This document shows positions 50,069 through 60,342 of a DNA stretch of 64,000 bases, one piece after another (the first letter of the stretch is position 1; the number at the start of each line of letters is the position of its first letter). This stretch comes from Candidatus Staskawiczbacteria bacterium RIFOXYB1_FULL_38_37. GTDB taxonomy: Bacteria; Patescibacteriota; Minisyncoccia; Minisyncoccales; Staskawiczbacteraceae. The stretch spans positions 71,979 to 135,978 of the forward strand of contig MHPK01000004.1 of the NCBI GenBank assembly GCA_001822075.1, given 5' to 3'. A program made the position numbers and the translations under genes. A model generated the notes under the pieces. The model saw only the letters and a program-made list of their open reading frames with translations. It was not told where the DNA came from and searched no databases.

Positions 50069-50652
50069 TGAAACTTAATAATAAATATTTTTTATTGAGG
50101 CACGGACAGACAATTTATCAAAAAAACGGCATAAAGGTAAATTATCCTGCAGGGTCTGACCCCACTTTGTCTATTACCCCGGAAGGAGAAGAAATGATAA
50201 AAAAAGCTGCTGAAGATTTAAAAACAAAAAATATAAGCATGATTTTTTCTTCTCCTGCTTTGCGAACAAAACAGTCATCAGAAATTGCAGGAAAGATATT
50301 GGCCGTTAAAGAAATAAATTATGACAGCAGGCTGGTAGATATTAATATGGGAGTGTTTGCAGGCAAAACTCACAAAGAATACGAGGACTTTTTTTCAAGC
50401 AAAATGGAAAGGTTTGAAAAAAAGCCTGAAGGCGGGGAAAACTGGACAGATATTTTAGCCAGATTAAGGTCTTTTTTTGATGACGTTGAAAAAAAATATA
50501 AAGGAGAAACAATTTTGATTGTAAGCCATGCAGACCCTTTATGGCTTTTGGCTGGCTTGATAAAAGGTTTCAAAACAAATGAGGAATTTTTTTCGACCAG
50601 AAAATCCGGGGATAATTTGTACCCAGATGTGGGAGAATTAATAAGGATATAA
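50068..50652 (+). CDS. Histidine phosphatase (phosphoglycerate mutase superfamily)
   Basis: 194 aa; RHG motif LLRHGQT and SHADPL. Confidence 0.8.
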   Translation: MKLNNKYFLLRHGQTIYQKNGIKVNYPAGSDPTLSITPEGEEMIKKAAEDLKTKNISMIFSSPALRTKQSSEIAGKILAVKEINYDSRLVDINMGVFAGKTHKEYEDFFSSKMERFEKKPEGGENWTDILARLRSFFDDVEKKYKGETILIVSHADPLWLLAGLIKGFKTNEEFFSTRKSGDNLYPDVGELIRI

Positions 50653-50655
50653 AAT

Positions 50656-53556
50656 ATGTATAATTTTCCTCAAAAAGAACAAAAAATACTGAAATTTTGG
50701 CAAGAGAATAAAATTTTTGAAAAGCTGAGAGAAAAAAATAAAGGCAAAGAGCGCTGGTCGTTTTTGGACGGTCCGATTACAGCTAATAATCCAATGGGCG
50801 CGCACCATGCATGGGGCAGAAGCTACAAAGACATATTTCAGAGATATAAGGCAATGCAGGGGTATGAGCAACGGTATCAAAACGGCTTTGACTGCCAGGG
50901 GCTTTGGGTTGAAGTGGAAGTTGAAAAAGAGCTTGGATTTAAAAATAAAAAAGATATTGAAAAATACGGAATTGATAAGTTTGTTGAAAAATGCAAAGAA
51001 AGAGTTAAAAAATATTCAGCAATTCAAACCCAGCAGTCAATAAGGTTGGGCCAGTGCATGGATTGGGAAAATTCTTACTACACAATGTCTGATGAAAATA
51101 ATTATGCTATTTGGCACTTTTTAAAGAAATGCTGGCAGGACGGATATTTGTATAAGGGGAGAGATTCTGTTCCATGGTGCCCAAGATGCGGGACCGCAAT
51201 TTCACAGCACGAAATTTTAACAGAAGAATATAAAGAGATTACCCATAAAGCGATTTATTTTAAGCTTTTTATTATAGATGGAAAACTAAAAGGAAAAAAA
51301 TTTTTGGTTTGGACAACTACCCCGTGGACTATGCCGGCTAATGTTGCTTTAATTGTAAACCCTGATTTTGAATATGGAATTTATAAAGGCAATGGCGAAG
51401 AATTAATTTTATTGAAATCGCTTGCAGAAAAGATTTTAGGCAAAGGCTATGTTTTAGAAAAGAAAATTAAAGGCAAGGATTTAAAGGGAACAAAATATGA
51501 GGCTCCCTTTGATGATTTGCCGAGGGTTGGAAAAGCAAAACAAGAAAATCCAAAAACATTTCATACGGTTGTTTTAGACAAAGATTTGGTAACCGAGGTT
51601 GAAGGCACAGGAATTGTGCATTGCGCTCCGGGAGCCGGAGAAGAAGATTTTAAAATAGGGCAAAAAGAAAATTTAGCGGTAATAGATGTTATTGACGAAT
51701 CAGCTGTTTATTTAGACCTTATGCAAGAATTTTCCGGGAAAAATGCGAAAGAAAATCCTGAAATAATTTTTGATTATCTTAAAAAATATAAAAATGGCGA
51801 GTTTTTATTTAAGACAGAAAATTATGCCCACAGATATCCGACTTGCTGGAGATGCAAGACAGAATTAGTTTGGAGGGTTGTTGACGAGTGGTATATTTCA
51901 ATGAAAAAGCTGAGAAAACCGCTGGTTGAAATAACTAAAAAAATAAACTGGGTTCCTTTTTTTGGCAAAGAAAGAGAGTTAGACTGGTTAAAAAATATGC
52001 ACGACTGGCTGATTTCAAAAAAAAGATATTGGGGATTAGCTTTGCCTATTTTTGAATGCCCAAAATGCCAGAATTTTGAAGTTATAGGGTCTAAAGAAGA
52101 ATTAAAAAAGCGGTCCGTAGAAGGCTGGAATAAGTTTGAGGGCAATTCTCCCCACAAGCCATGGATAGACAATGTAAAAATAAAATGTAAAAAATGCGGT
52201 GAATTAATTTCTAGGATACCGGATGTTGGAAATCCATGGCTGGATGCGGGCATAGTGCCGTATTCTACTATGAGATATTTTTCAGACAAAAAATATTGGA
52301 AAAAATGGTTTCCTGCAGAATTGGTTTGCGAATCATTTCCCGGACAATTTAAAAACTGGTTTTATTCTTTGCTTGTGATGTCAGCTGTTTTGGAAAATAC
52401 AGCTCCTGCAAAAACAATTTTTGGCTTTGCATCAGTAAGAGATGAAAAAGGAGAGGAAATGCACAAGTCAAAGGGCAATGCAATTTGGTTTGACGAGGCA
52501 GTAGAAAAAATCGGAGCAGACCCAATGAGGTGGATGTATTCAAGGCAGAACCCGGCAGAAAATCTTAACTTTGGATACAACACAGCCGAAGAAATAAAAA
52601 GAAAACTGCTCACTTTATACAACTCTTATGTGTTTTTTAATACTTATGTAAAAAAAGAAGAATTATCGGAAAAATTGCTTGAAGCAAAATCAGAAAATAT
52701 TTTAGATAAATGGATTTTGTCTAAAATCGACCATTTAACCAGCGCATCAGAATTTAATTTAGACAAGTATGATGCTGCCAGAGCAGTCTTAGCTATTGAA
52801 GATTTTTTTATTAATGATTTATCTTTATGGTATATAAGACGTTCAAGAAAAAGGTTTCGCGAGGACAGCTTAGAAAAGCTTCAAGCCGTTGCCACGTTTT
52901 ATCACATTCTTTTGCATACGACAAAATTAATAGCTCCGATAATGCCGTTTTTTGCGGAAGAAATGTATCAAAATTTGAAAATAAATAATATGCCAGAATC
53001 TGTTCATTTGTGCGATTGGCCGAAATTGGAAGAAGACAACCGCACCGATATAGAATTAGAAAATAAAATGGAAGAAGCAAGGTCTGTTGTCAGTTTAGCT
53101 TTAGCTGAAAGGACTAAACATCAAATAAAGGTAAAACAGCCTCTTTTGCAATTGACAATTAAAAATGAAAAATTAAAAATAAAAGCAAGCAGCGAATTGC
53201 TTGGATTGATTAAAGACGAAGTAAATGTTAGAGAGATTATATTCAACTCAGGCATAGAAAATGAGGTTGAGCTTGATTTGAACATAACAGGCGAACTTAA
53301 AGAAGAAGGCATTGTGAGAGAAATTGTCCGCAATATACAGGGCATGAGAAAGCAGGCAGGCCTGACCCCAGAAGACAGAATTTCCGTGAGCATTACAGGA
53401 GACGATTATTTAGTTGAAATTATAAAAAAGAATGAGAAAATTTTACTGAAAGAGTTCAGGGCCGCAGAAATTATTTTTAGCAATACAAATTTTAAAGAAG
53501 AAAAAGAAGTTTTAATAGACAGCAAAAACGCATTATTTAAAATTAAAAAAAAATAA
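50656..53556 (+). CDS. ileS: Isoleucyl-tRNA synthetase (type 2)
   Basis: 966 aa; PMGAHHAWGRS (HIGH region), WTTTPWTMPAN editing domain, MHKSKGN (KMSKS). Confidence 0.95.
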   Translation: MYNFPQKEQKILKFWQENKIFEKLREKNKGKERWSFLDGPITANNPMGAHHAWGRSYKDIFQRYKAMQGYEQRYQNGFDCQGLWVEVEVEKELGFKNKKDIEKYGIDKFVEKCKERVKKYSAIQTQQSIRLGQCMDWENSYYTMSDENNYAIWHFLKKCWQDGYLYKGRDSVPWCPRCGTAISQHEILTEEYKEITHKAIYFKLFIIDGKLKGKKFLVWTTTPWTMPANVALIVNPDFEYGIYKGNGEELILLKSLAEKILGKGYVLEKKIKGKDLKGTKYEAPFDDLPRVGKAKQENPKTFHTVVLDKDLVTEVEGTGIVHCAPGAGEEDFKIGQKENLAVIDVIDESAVYLDLMQEFSGKNAKENPEIIFDYLKKYKNGEFLFKTENYAHRYPTCWRCKTELVWRVVDEWYISMKKLRKPLVEITKKINWVPFFGKERELDWLKNMHDWLISKKRYWGLALPIFECPKCQNFEVIGSKEELKKRSVEGWNKFEGNSPHKPWIDNVKIKCKKCGELISRIPDVGNPWLDAGIVPYSTMRYFSDKKYWKKWFPAELVCESFPGQFKNWFYSLLVMSAVLENTAPAKTIFGFASVRDEKGEEMHKSKGNAIWFDEAVEKIGADPMRWMYSRQNPAENLNFGYNTAEEIKRKLLTLYNSYVFFNTYVKKEELSEKLLEAKSENILDKWILSKIDHLTSASEFNLDKYDAARAVLAIEDFFINDLSLWYIRRSRKRFREDSLEKLQAVATFYHILLHTTKLIAPIMPFFAEEMYQNLKINNMPESVHLCDWPKLEEDNRTDIELENKMEEARSVVSLALAERTKHQIKVKQPLLQLTIKNEKLKIKASSELLGLIKDEVNVREIIFNSGIENEVELDLNITGELKEEGIVREIVRNIQGMRKQAGLTPEDRISVSITGDDYLVEIIKKNEKILLKEFRAAEIIFSNTNFKEEKEVLIDSKNALFKIKKK

Positions 53557-53560
53557 TTTT

Positions 53561-54049
53561 ATGGCTCTGCCTTTACCGGGAAATAATTCTCCCATACAAA
53601 ACAATAGATTAGATATGCTAAAAAAAAGTTCCAGTTTTGCGCCCCAGAAGTCCGAAAAATCTCTTGGAGCTAGTTTTATAAAAAAAGGAACCAGTCTTTT
53701 GCCAAAGAAAAAAGAAGAAACTAAAAAAGAAGCGCCGAAAAGCCCTGCTGACACTTCAATTTTTGGCGGAAAATCTGAGATTTCAAGAATTGAGCTGAGG
53801 CAAAAATTAAGGAAAGATGCCAACGTGTGGAATGCAGAAAGGCAGGTTGGCCTTTCTTTGAGCCCGTCAGAAAGAGCGAGCTTGGAAAAAGAGGTCTTTT
53901 CACAGGCTTTGGGCAGAGATATTTCAAAGAGAGATTTAAATTTTGCAATTAAGAAAATGAATCAAAAAAGAATCTCTGCAAATAGTTTTGCCGAAAAGGA
54001 AAAATTGAGAAAGCAAATAAATTTTTTTAAGAAAATAGGGGGAATATAA
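53561..54049 (+). CDS. Basic hypothetical protein
   Basis: 162-aa ORF starting 4 nt after ileS. No motif recognised. Confidence 0.5.
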   Translation: MALPLPGNNSPIQNNRLDMLKKSSSFAPQKSEKSLGASFIKKGTSLLPKKKEETKKEAPKSPADTSIFGGKSEISRIELRQKLRKDANVWNAERQVGLSLSPSERASLEKEVFSQALGRDISKRDLNFAIKKMNQKRISANSFAEKEKLRKQINFFKKIGGI

Positions 54050-54059
54050 AACAGAAACT

Positions 54060-54794
54060 ATGGCAGTTCATTACAGAACAAAAGCCATTATTTTTAAGAA
54101 ACAAGACTTATCAGACTTTGACAGAGTTTTTGGCATTTTTGCTTTTGATTTCGGAAGATTAGACTTGCATGCAAAGGCAATAAGAAAGATAAATTCAAAA
54201 TTAAAATCAGGAATAGATATATTTTATCTGTCTGAAGTCGAGTTTATACGCGGCAGAAGCAAAAGAATGCTTACAGATGCCGGTGTTTTAGAAAAAAATA
54301 ATAATATAATCCAGGACGTCCAAAAACTTAAAATAGCTTTTCAAATTTCAGAAATACTGGATAAATTTATAAAAGGGCAGCAACAGGACAAAGAAATTTG
54401 GGAGTTTTTAATTGATGTTTTTGGCAAATTAAATAACCCGCAGTTATCAATTAACAATAAACAGCTTATTCTTTGCTATTTTATTTGGAATTTTTTTGCT
54501 GTGTTAGGATATAAGCCTGAAATTTCAAAATGCGCTGTATGCCAAGGAAAGCTTAATCCGTATAATATCTATTTTTCTAACAAAGAGGGGGGTGTTATTT
54601 GCAAAAAATGCTTGTATGCTGATAAGGAGGCCGAAAAAATAAATTCAGACGTTGTAAAAATTTTAAGACTGATTCTTAAAAAAGACTGGCAGGTTGTTTC
54701 CAAATTAAAAATTGAGCCGGCCTCCCAGAACCTGTTTGATATAATGTCTAATAATTATTATAATCATATTTTATCCATATTCTCTTTCAAATAA
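54060..54794 (+). CDS. recO: DNA repair protein RecO
   Basis: 244 aa; OB-fold N-terminus (KAIIFKKQDLSDFDRVF) and zinc motif CAVCQGKL..CKKC. Confidence 0.8.
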   Translation: MAVHYRTKAIIFKKQDLSDFDRVFGIFAFDFGRLDLHAKAIRKINSKLKSGIDIFYLSEVEFIRGRSKRMLTDAGVLEKNNNIIQDVQKLKIAFQISEILDKFIKGQQQDKEIWEFLIDVFGKLNNPQLSINNKQLILCYFIWNFFAVLGYKPEISKCAVCQGKLNPYNIYFSNKEGGVICKKCLYADKEAEKINSDVVKILRLILKKDWQVVSKLKIEPASQNLFDIMSNNYYNHILSIFSFK

Positions 54795-54815
54795 TTTATT
54801 GTATAATATAAACAT

Positions 54816-56471
54816 ATGCCAAAAAAATTTTTAATTTTAATTTTAATCATAATTATCGGATTTGTCGGATATTGGTTTTGGAGAGAAAGCATATTTTCAA
54901 AAGAGATATTGCGTTTGGAAATTTTAGGTCCGGAGAAAGCTACAGTGGGAGAGGAAATAGAGTATACGGTAAAATACAAAAACAATGGAAATTTTGTTTT
55001 GGAAAACCCCAAGCTTACTTTTAATATGCCAGAAAATTCTCTTACTGAAGACAGCAGAACCAGAATTACCCAAGATTTAAATGATATATATCCAGGAGAT
55101 GAAGAATTTGTAAAATTTAAAACTCGGCTTTTAGGCAAAGAGGGCGACCTAAAAGCAGCAAGAGTTTCTCTTTCTTACACGCCTAAGAATTTAACAGCTC
55201 CCTTTGAATCAAGCACTACTTTTACCACGAAAATTGAAACAGTACCCATTACTCTAGATTTTGATTTGCCTTCAAAGGTTGAGAGGGGGAAAGATTTACG
55301 TTATTCAATTAATTATTTTTCTAACGTAGATTATCCCTTAGAAAATCTTAGCATTAAAATAGGCTCTGTTTCGGGTTTTAATTTAAAATTTTCAGACCCT
55401 TTGTCTTTGGATAATTCTGAATGGAAACTTAATACTTTGAATAAAGCGCAAGGCGGAAGAATAAATATTACAGGTGAAATTTCAGCTGATATAGACCAAA
55501 ATTTATTTTTTTCAGCTAAGCTTGGAATGTGGCAAAACGGCGTTTTTGTCGTTATAAAAGAGGCTGAAACTGAAGTTCAGGCAATACAGCCCTTGTTGTA
55601 TATTTCTCAACTTGTGAATGGCTCTGCTGATTATATCGCTTCTCCAGGCGAAACTTTGCATTATCAGATTTCTTTTAGGAATATAGGCTCCACGCCTTTT
55701 GATAATCTATTTATGGTGGTAAAATTGGACGGCTCTGCCATAGATATGCCTACTTTAAATTCAAACTATGGCCAGGTCCAGCAGGATGGCAGCATGATTG
55801 TCTGGGATTCAGACAGAACTCCGCAACTGAGGCATTTAGATGTGCAGCAATCAGGCGAAGTCAATTTTTACGTTAAGGTAAGAAGCGATTGGGTGCCTTC
55901 CTCGTCAGAGCCGAATAATTCTGTAATAAACGATATGGTGAACATATCTCAAATTACGCAGAAATTTAGCATAAAAGTTAATTCCGGGCTGGCTATTTCC
56001 CAGAAAGCTTATTATAAAGATTCAAGCATTTCAAATTCGGGGCCTATTCCGCCAAAAGTTGGAGAGACAACAACATATGCAATAGCATGGAATATCACAA
56101 ATTACGGCAGCGAAGCAAAGAATGTTAAGGCGCGGGCAACCTTGCCAGATAATGTGAATTTAACAGGCCAGATTTTGCCGCAAAATGAATTTTCTAATTT
56201 TTCGTTTGATTCTGCAAGCCGCGAAATTGTATGGTCAGCAGGAGATGTTTCAGCTGGAACAGGAGTAAATGGAGATCCAGTTTTTCTTTCATTCCAAATT
56301 TCTTTAACTCCTCAAAGCTCCCAAAAAGGATATGTTGCCTCTTTAATAGGCCAGGCTTATATTTCAGGCGAAAACCAGTTTACAGGAACTATAATTACAA
56401 CGAGCGATTTTTCAATAAACACCAGCCTTCCGGATGATTTTGCCAATTCAGGCGGAGGCATAGTGCAATAA
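54816..56471 (+). CDS. Large secreted/anchored protein with repeated beta-sandwich (DUF11-like) modules
   Basis: 551 aa; N-terminal anchor, with a recurring ..Y.I.Y.N.G....N.. pattern (TVKYKNNGNFVLENP; YQISFRNIGSTPFDN; YAIAWNITNYGSEAKNV). Confidence 0.65.
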   Translation: MPKKFLILILIIIIGFVGYWFWRESIFSKEILRLEILGPEKATVGEEIEYTVKYKNNGNFVLENPKLTFNMPENSLTEDSRTRITQDLNDIYPGDEEFVKFKTRLLGKEGDLKAARVSLSYTPKNLTAPFESSTTFTTKIETVPITLDFDLPSKVERGKDLRYSINYFSNVDYPLENLSIKIGSVSGFNLKFSDPLSLDNSEWKLNTLNKAQGGRINITGEISADIDQNLFFSAKLGMWQNGVFVVIKEAETEVQAIQPLLYISQLVNGSADYIASPGETLHYQISFRNIGSTPFDNLFMVVKLDGSAIDMPTLNSNYGQVQQDGSMIVWDSDRTPQLRHLDVQQSGEVNFYVKVRSDWVPSSSEPNNSVINDMVNISQITQKFSIKVNSGLAISQKAYYKDSSISNSGPIPPKVGETTTYAIAWNITNYGSEAKNVKARATLPDNVNLTGQILPQNEFSNFSFDSASREIVWSAGDVSAGTGVNGDPVFLSFQISLTPQSSQKGYVASLIGQAYISGENQFTGTIITTSDFSINTSLPDDFANSGGGIVQ

Positions 56472-56507
56472 TAAAATTAATAATAAAATTAATAACAGAA
56501 TATTTAT

Positions 56508-57062
56508 ATGGTTCCAGCTAAAATGTTTTTTACAAAAGGCGTGGGGACAGCCAAACAGCAATTAATGTCATTTGAAATGGCATTAAGAGATGCTGGTATA
56601 GAAAAATTTAATTTGGTTACCGTGTCTAGCATACTTCCTCCGGGATGCAAGAGAATTACCCGGGAAAAAGGATTGGAAATGTTAAAGCCGGGAGAAGTTG
56701 TGTATTGCGTTATGGCAAGGAATGCCACAAACGAGCCCAATAGATTAGTAGCAGCCTCTATTGGATGCGCAGTGCCGGCTGGAAACGACCAGCAATACGG
56801 ATATTTGTCAGAACACCATCCCTATGGCGAAACAGACGAAAAAACATCAGATTGCGCCGAAGATCTGGCAGCTACAATGCTGGCTACAACTTTGGGCATT
56901 GAGTTTGACCCAAATACCGCATGGGACGAGAGAGAAAAGGTTTACAAGCTTTCAGGCAAAATTGTTACAACAACAAATATAACACAATCAGCCCAGGGTA
57001 ATAAAGACGGGCTTTGGACAACAGTGGTTGCCGCAGCCATATTTGTTCCTCCAGAGGCTTAA
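56508..57062 (+). CDS. pdaD: Pyruvoyl-dependent arginine decarboxylase
   Basis: 184 aa; [39 protein letters not shown], including the Ser-Ser self-cleavage site context. Confidence 0.85.
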   Translation: MVPAKMFFTKGVGTAKQQLMSFEMALRDAGIEKFNLVTVSSILPPGCKRITREKGLEMLKPGEVVYCVMARNATNEPNRLVAASIGCAVPAGNDQQYGYLSEHHPYGETDEKTSDCAEDLAATMLATTLGIEFDPNTAWDEREKVYKLSGKIVTTTNITQSAQGNKDGLWTTVVAAAIFVPPEA

Positions 57063-57066
57063 TTTT

Positions 57067-58098
57067 ATGGCAAAACAAAATAAGAAAAAATTGCTTAAAG
57101 AAATTGTAAAGCATATAGATATAAAATCTTTTGATTCAACAAAAATCATAAATGCAATGTCTGATATGTCTTTTACAGCCCGCGACTTGGCAAGAGCTTC
57201 TGAAATTTATGATATGATGCTTAAAGATAAAAAATGCGCGATTTTTTTGGCAATAGCAGGTTCCACAAGCAGCGCCGGATGCATGCAGATATATGTTGAT
57301 TTGGTTAAGAACAATATGGTTGACGCAATAATTGCAACGGGTGCCAGCATTGTTGACATGGATTTTTTTGAAGCTTTAGGATTTAAGCATTATAAAGGAA
57401 GCCCGAATGTTGATGATAATCTTTTAAGAAGCCTTTATATAGACAGAATTTACGACACTTTTATTGACGAGGAAGAACTGCAGGTTTGCGACCAAACAGT
57501 AAAAAAAATTGCAGACAGCCTTGAGCACAGGCCTTATTCTTCAAGAGAATTTATTTTTGAAATGGGCAAGTATCTTACAAAGCGCTCAAAGAAAAAAGAC
57601 TCTCTTATAGAAACAGCTTTCAAAAAAAATGTTCCTATTTTTTGCCCGGCTTTTTCTGATTCAAGCGCGGGATTTGGGCTGGTATGCCACCAATGGGAAA
57701 ATCCAAAAGAGCATGTTTCAATCGATTCTGTAAAAGATTTTTTAGAGCTTACAAAAATTAAAATTTCAGCTGGAATTTCAGGAGTTTTAATGATAGGGGG
57801 AGGCGTTCCAAAAAACTTTATACAAGACACTGTGGTTGCAGCCGAAGTTTTAGGCTATGAGGCGCCTATGCATAAGTACGCAATTCAAATTACAGTAGCT
57901 GACGCAAGGGATGGAGCATGTTCATCTTCCACTTTAAAAGAAGCCAGCTCTTGGGGAAAAGTAAAGCAGGGGTATGACCAAATGGTTTATGCAGAAGCAA
58001 CTTCTGTTTTGCCATTGCTGGCAAGCTATGCCTATCACCAAAAGAGCTGGAAAAACAGAAAGCCAAAAAATTTCAGCAAGATTTTAGACAAAGCATGA
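57067..58098 (+). CDS. Deoxyhypusine synthase-family protein
   Basis: Start trimmed to ATG 57067 (MAKQNKKKLL). AGSTSSAGC, IIATGASIVDMD and GGGVPKNF are DHS-family blocks. Confidence 0.8.
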   Translation: MAKQNKKKLLKEIVKHIDIKSFDSTKIINAMSDMSFTARDLARASEIYDMMLKDKKCAIFLAIAGSTSSAGCMQIYVDLVKNNMVDAIIATGASIVDMDFFEALGFKHYKGSPNVDDNLLRSLYIDRIYDTFIDEEELQVCDQTVKKIADSLEHRPYSSREFIFEMGKYLTKRSKKKDSLIETAFKKNVPIFCPAFSDSSAGFGLVCHQWENPKEHVSIDSVKDFLELTKIKISAGISGVLMIGGGVPKNFIQDTVVAAEVLGYEAPMHKYAIQITVADARDGACSSSTLKEASSWGKVKQGYDQMVYAEATSVLPLLASYAYHQKSWKNRKPKNFSKILDKA

Positions 58099-58991
58099 AG
58101 CAATATAATAATTTTTTAAATATTGAACCGCAATATTCAGAGCTTGATAAATCAAGGGCAGTGATTGTTCCTTTTGGATACGAAGCATCTACTACTTACG
58201 GGAGCGGGACAAAAAAGGGGCCCAAAGCCATAATTTTGGCATCTTCCCAAGTAGAATTGTTTGATGAAGAATTAGAAAAAGAAGTTTATAAAGAAACAGG
58301 CATCTGCACTATCCCGGAATTAAAATATAAAACAGGTACTGATTTTTATCTACCCTTGTCAGAAAAAACAGCTGAAATGCTGGCTTTGAAAAAGTTTCCG
58401 GTTATTCTGGGAGGAGAGCATACAATTACTTTTGGCGGAATAATGGGAGCCAAAGAAAAATACAAAAATTTTTCTATGCTTCATTTTGATGCCCACGCTG
58501 ATTTAAGAGATACATACGAGGGCAATAAATTTTCTCACGCCTGCGTTATGCGCCGCGTGCAAGAATTGCCAGAAGTTAAAAATCTGGTTCAAATAGGCAT
58601 AAGAAATATAAGCAATGAAGAAAGCGAGGGCGGCGAGTTTAATTTTTATAAGGCAAACCAAGATAAAATAAAAATATTTTGGGCAGATAAAAAAGATGAA
58701 TGGGATACAAAAGATATATTGCAAAACCTTTTAGAAAACGTTTATTTGACTTTTGATGTAGATGTTTTTGACCCGTCAATAATGCCTTCAACCGGAACTC
58801 CCGAGCCCGGCGGATTATATTGGAATGAAGTTTTAAGAATTTTAAAACAGGTTTTTTTGAAAAAAAATGTTATTGCTGAAGATTTTGTGGAATTAAGCCC
58901 TTTAAAGAATTTTCCAGCCCCTGACTTTATGGTTGCCAAATTAATTTATAAAACAATAGGCTATAAATTTTTACTTAATAAGAAAAAATAA
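58095..58991 (+). CDS. speB: Agmatinase/ureohydrolase
   Basis: 298 aa; HFDAHADLRD, GGEHTIT and TFDVDVFDPS metal-binding motifs. Its ATG overlaps the DHS stop (ATGA). Confidence 0.85.
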   Translation: MKQYNNFLNIEPQYSELDKSRAVIVPFGYEASTTYGSGTKKGPKAIILASSQVELFDEELEKEVYKETGICTIPELKYKTGTDFYLPLSEKTAEMLALKKFPVILGGEHTITFGGIMGAKEKYKNFSMLHFDAHADLRDTYEGNKFSHACVMRRVQELPEVKNLVQIGIRNISNEESEGGEFNFYKANQDKIKIFWADKKDEWDTKDILQNLLENVYLTFDVDVFDPSIMPSTGTPEPGGLYWNEVLRILKQVFLKKNVIAEDFVELSPLKNFPAPDFMVAKLIYKTIGYKFLLNKKK

Positions 58992-58992
58992 T

Positions 58993-60333
58993 ATGGCAAA
59001 AAAAGAAGAAAATAATTTATTAAATAAATTAGTCTCGTTTACAAAACGGAGAGGTTTTGTATTTCAGTCATCTGAAATTTACGGCGGATTTTCGTCATGC
59101 TATGATTTTGGACCCTTAGGGGTTGAATTGAAAAATAATATAAAAAAGGAATGGTGGAAAAAAATGACAAGAATGCACGATAATATTGTGGGCATTGATG
59201 CGTCTGTTTTAATGAGTCCTAAAGTTTGGGAAGCTTCGGGACATTTAACCGCCGGATTTGCAGATGAATTAGTTGAATGTAAAAAATGCCATCACAGATT
59301 TAGAAAAGATCTGTTGGAAAAAAATAAATGTCCTGATTGCGGGGGAGAATTAACAAATCCAAAAAAGTTTAATTTAATGCTTAAAACTTTTGTGGGGCCC
59401 GTTGAAGATGATTCTGCAATAACATATTTAAGGCCCGAAACCTGCCAGGGAATTTATGTTAATTTTAAAAATGTTTTACAATCAATGCGCGCGAAGCTCC
59501 CTTTTGGCATTGCTCAGATAGGAAAATCTTTTAGAAATGAAATAACTCCCAAGGATTTTATTTTTCGCACAAGAGAATTTGAGCAAATGGAAATGCAGTG
59601 GTTTTGCGACCCAAAAGACGCGGACAAGTTTTTTGAATATTGGCTTGAAGAAAGAATGAATTGGTACATAAAACTGGGAATTAAAAAAGAAAATTTAAGG
59701 GCAAAAGAAACTGAAAAAAATGAATTAGCCCATTATGCAAAAAGGGCGGTTGATATTGAGTATAAATTTCCTTTTGGATGGAAAGAAATTGAAGGCGTGC
59801 ACAACAGAGGAGAATGGGATTTGTTAAATCATTCAAAACATTCAGGACAAGATTTAAGCTATACAAACGACGAAGGCAAAAAATTTACGCCATATATAAT
59901 AGAAACATCAGCGGGAGCCGACAGAGCTTTGTTTACTTTATTGTGCGAGGGATTTAAAGAAATAGAGGGCGGGCGGACAGAAACAACAGATTCAACAAAA
60001 GAAGTTGAAACAGTATTAGACATTAACAAAAAATTAGCTCCGGTTAAAATTGCTGTTTTGCCTTTGGTTAAAAATAAAGAAGAAATAACAAAAACTGCAA
60101 AAGAAATTTTTGATATGCTGAAAGTTCATTTTGACTGCCAATATGATGAGTCGGGTTCAATTGGCAGAAGATATAGAAGACAAGATGAAATAGGAACCCC
60201 TTATTGCATAACGGTTGATTTTGAGACATTAGACAACAAAGATGTTACATTAAGGGACCGCGATACAATGAAACAAGAAAGAGTAAAAATATCAGAATTA
60301 GGTGGAAAAATTTTTAACCTTTTAACCAGTTAA
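58993..60333 (+). CDS. glyQS: Glycyl-tRNA synthetase (alpha2 type)
   Basis: 446 aa; RPETCQGIYVNF, FRNEITP and SAGADRALF class II motifs. Confidence 0.92.
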   Translation: MAKKEENNLLNKLVSFTKRRGFVFQSSEIYGGFSSCYDFGPLGVELKNNIKKEWWKKMTRMHDNIVGIDASVLMSPKVWEASGHLTAGFADELVECKKCHHRFRKDLLEKNKCPDCGGELTNPKKFNLMLKTFVGPVEDDSAITYLRPETCQGIYVNFKNVLQSMRAKLPFGIAQIGKSFRNEITPKDFIFRTREFEQMEMQWFCDPKDADKFFEYWLEERMNWYIKLGIKKENLRAKETEKNELAHYAKRAVDIEYKFPFGWKEIEGVHNRGEWDLLNHSKHSGQDLSYTNDEGKKFTPYIIETSAGADRALFTLLCEGFKEIEGGRTETTDSTKEVETVLDINKKLAPVKIAVLPLVKNKEEITKTAKEIFDMLKVHFDCQYDESGSIGRRYRRQDEIGTPYCITVDFETLDNKDVTLRDRDTMKQERVKISELGGKIFNLLTS

Positions 60334-60342
60334 ATATAAAAA

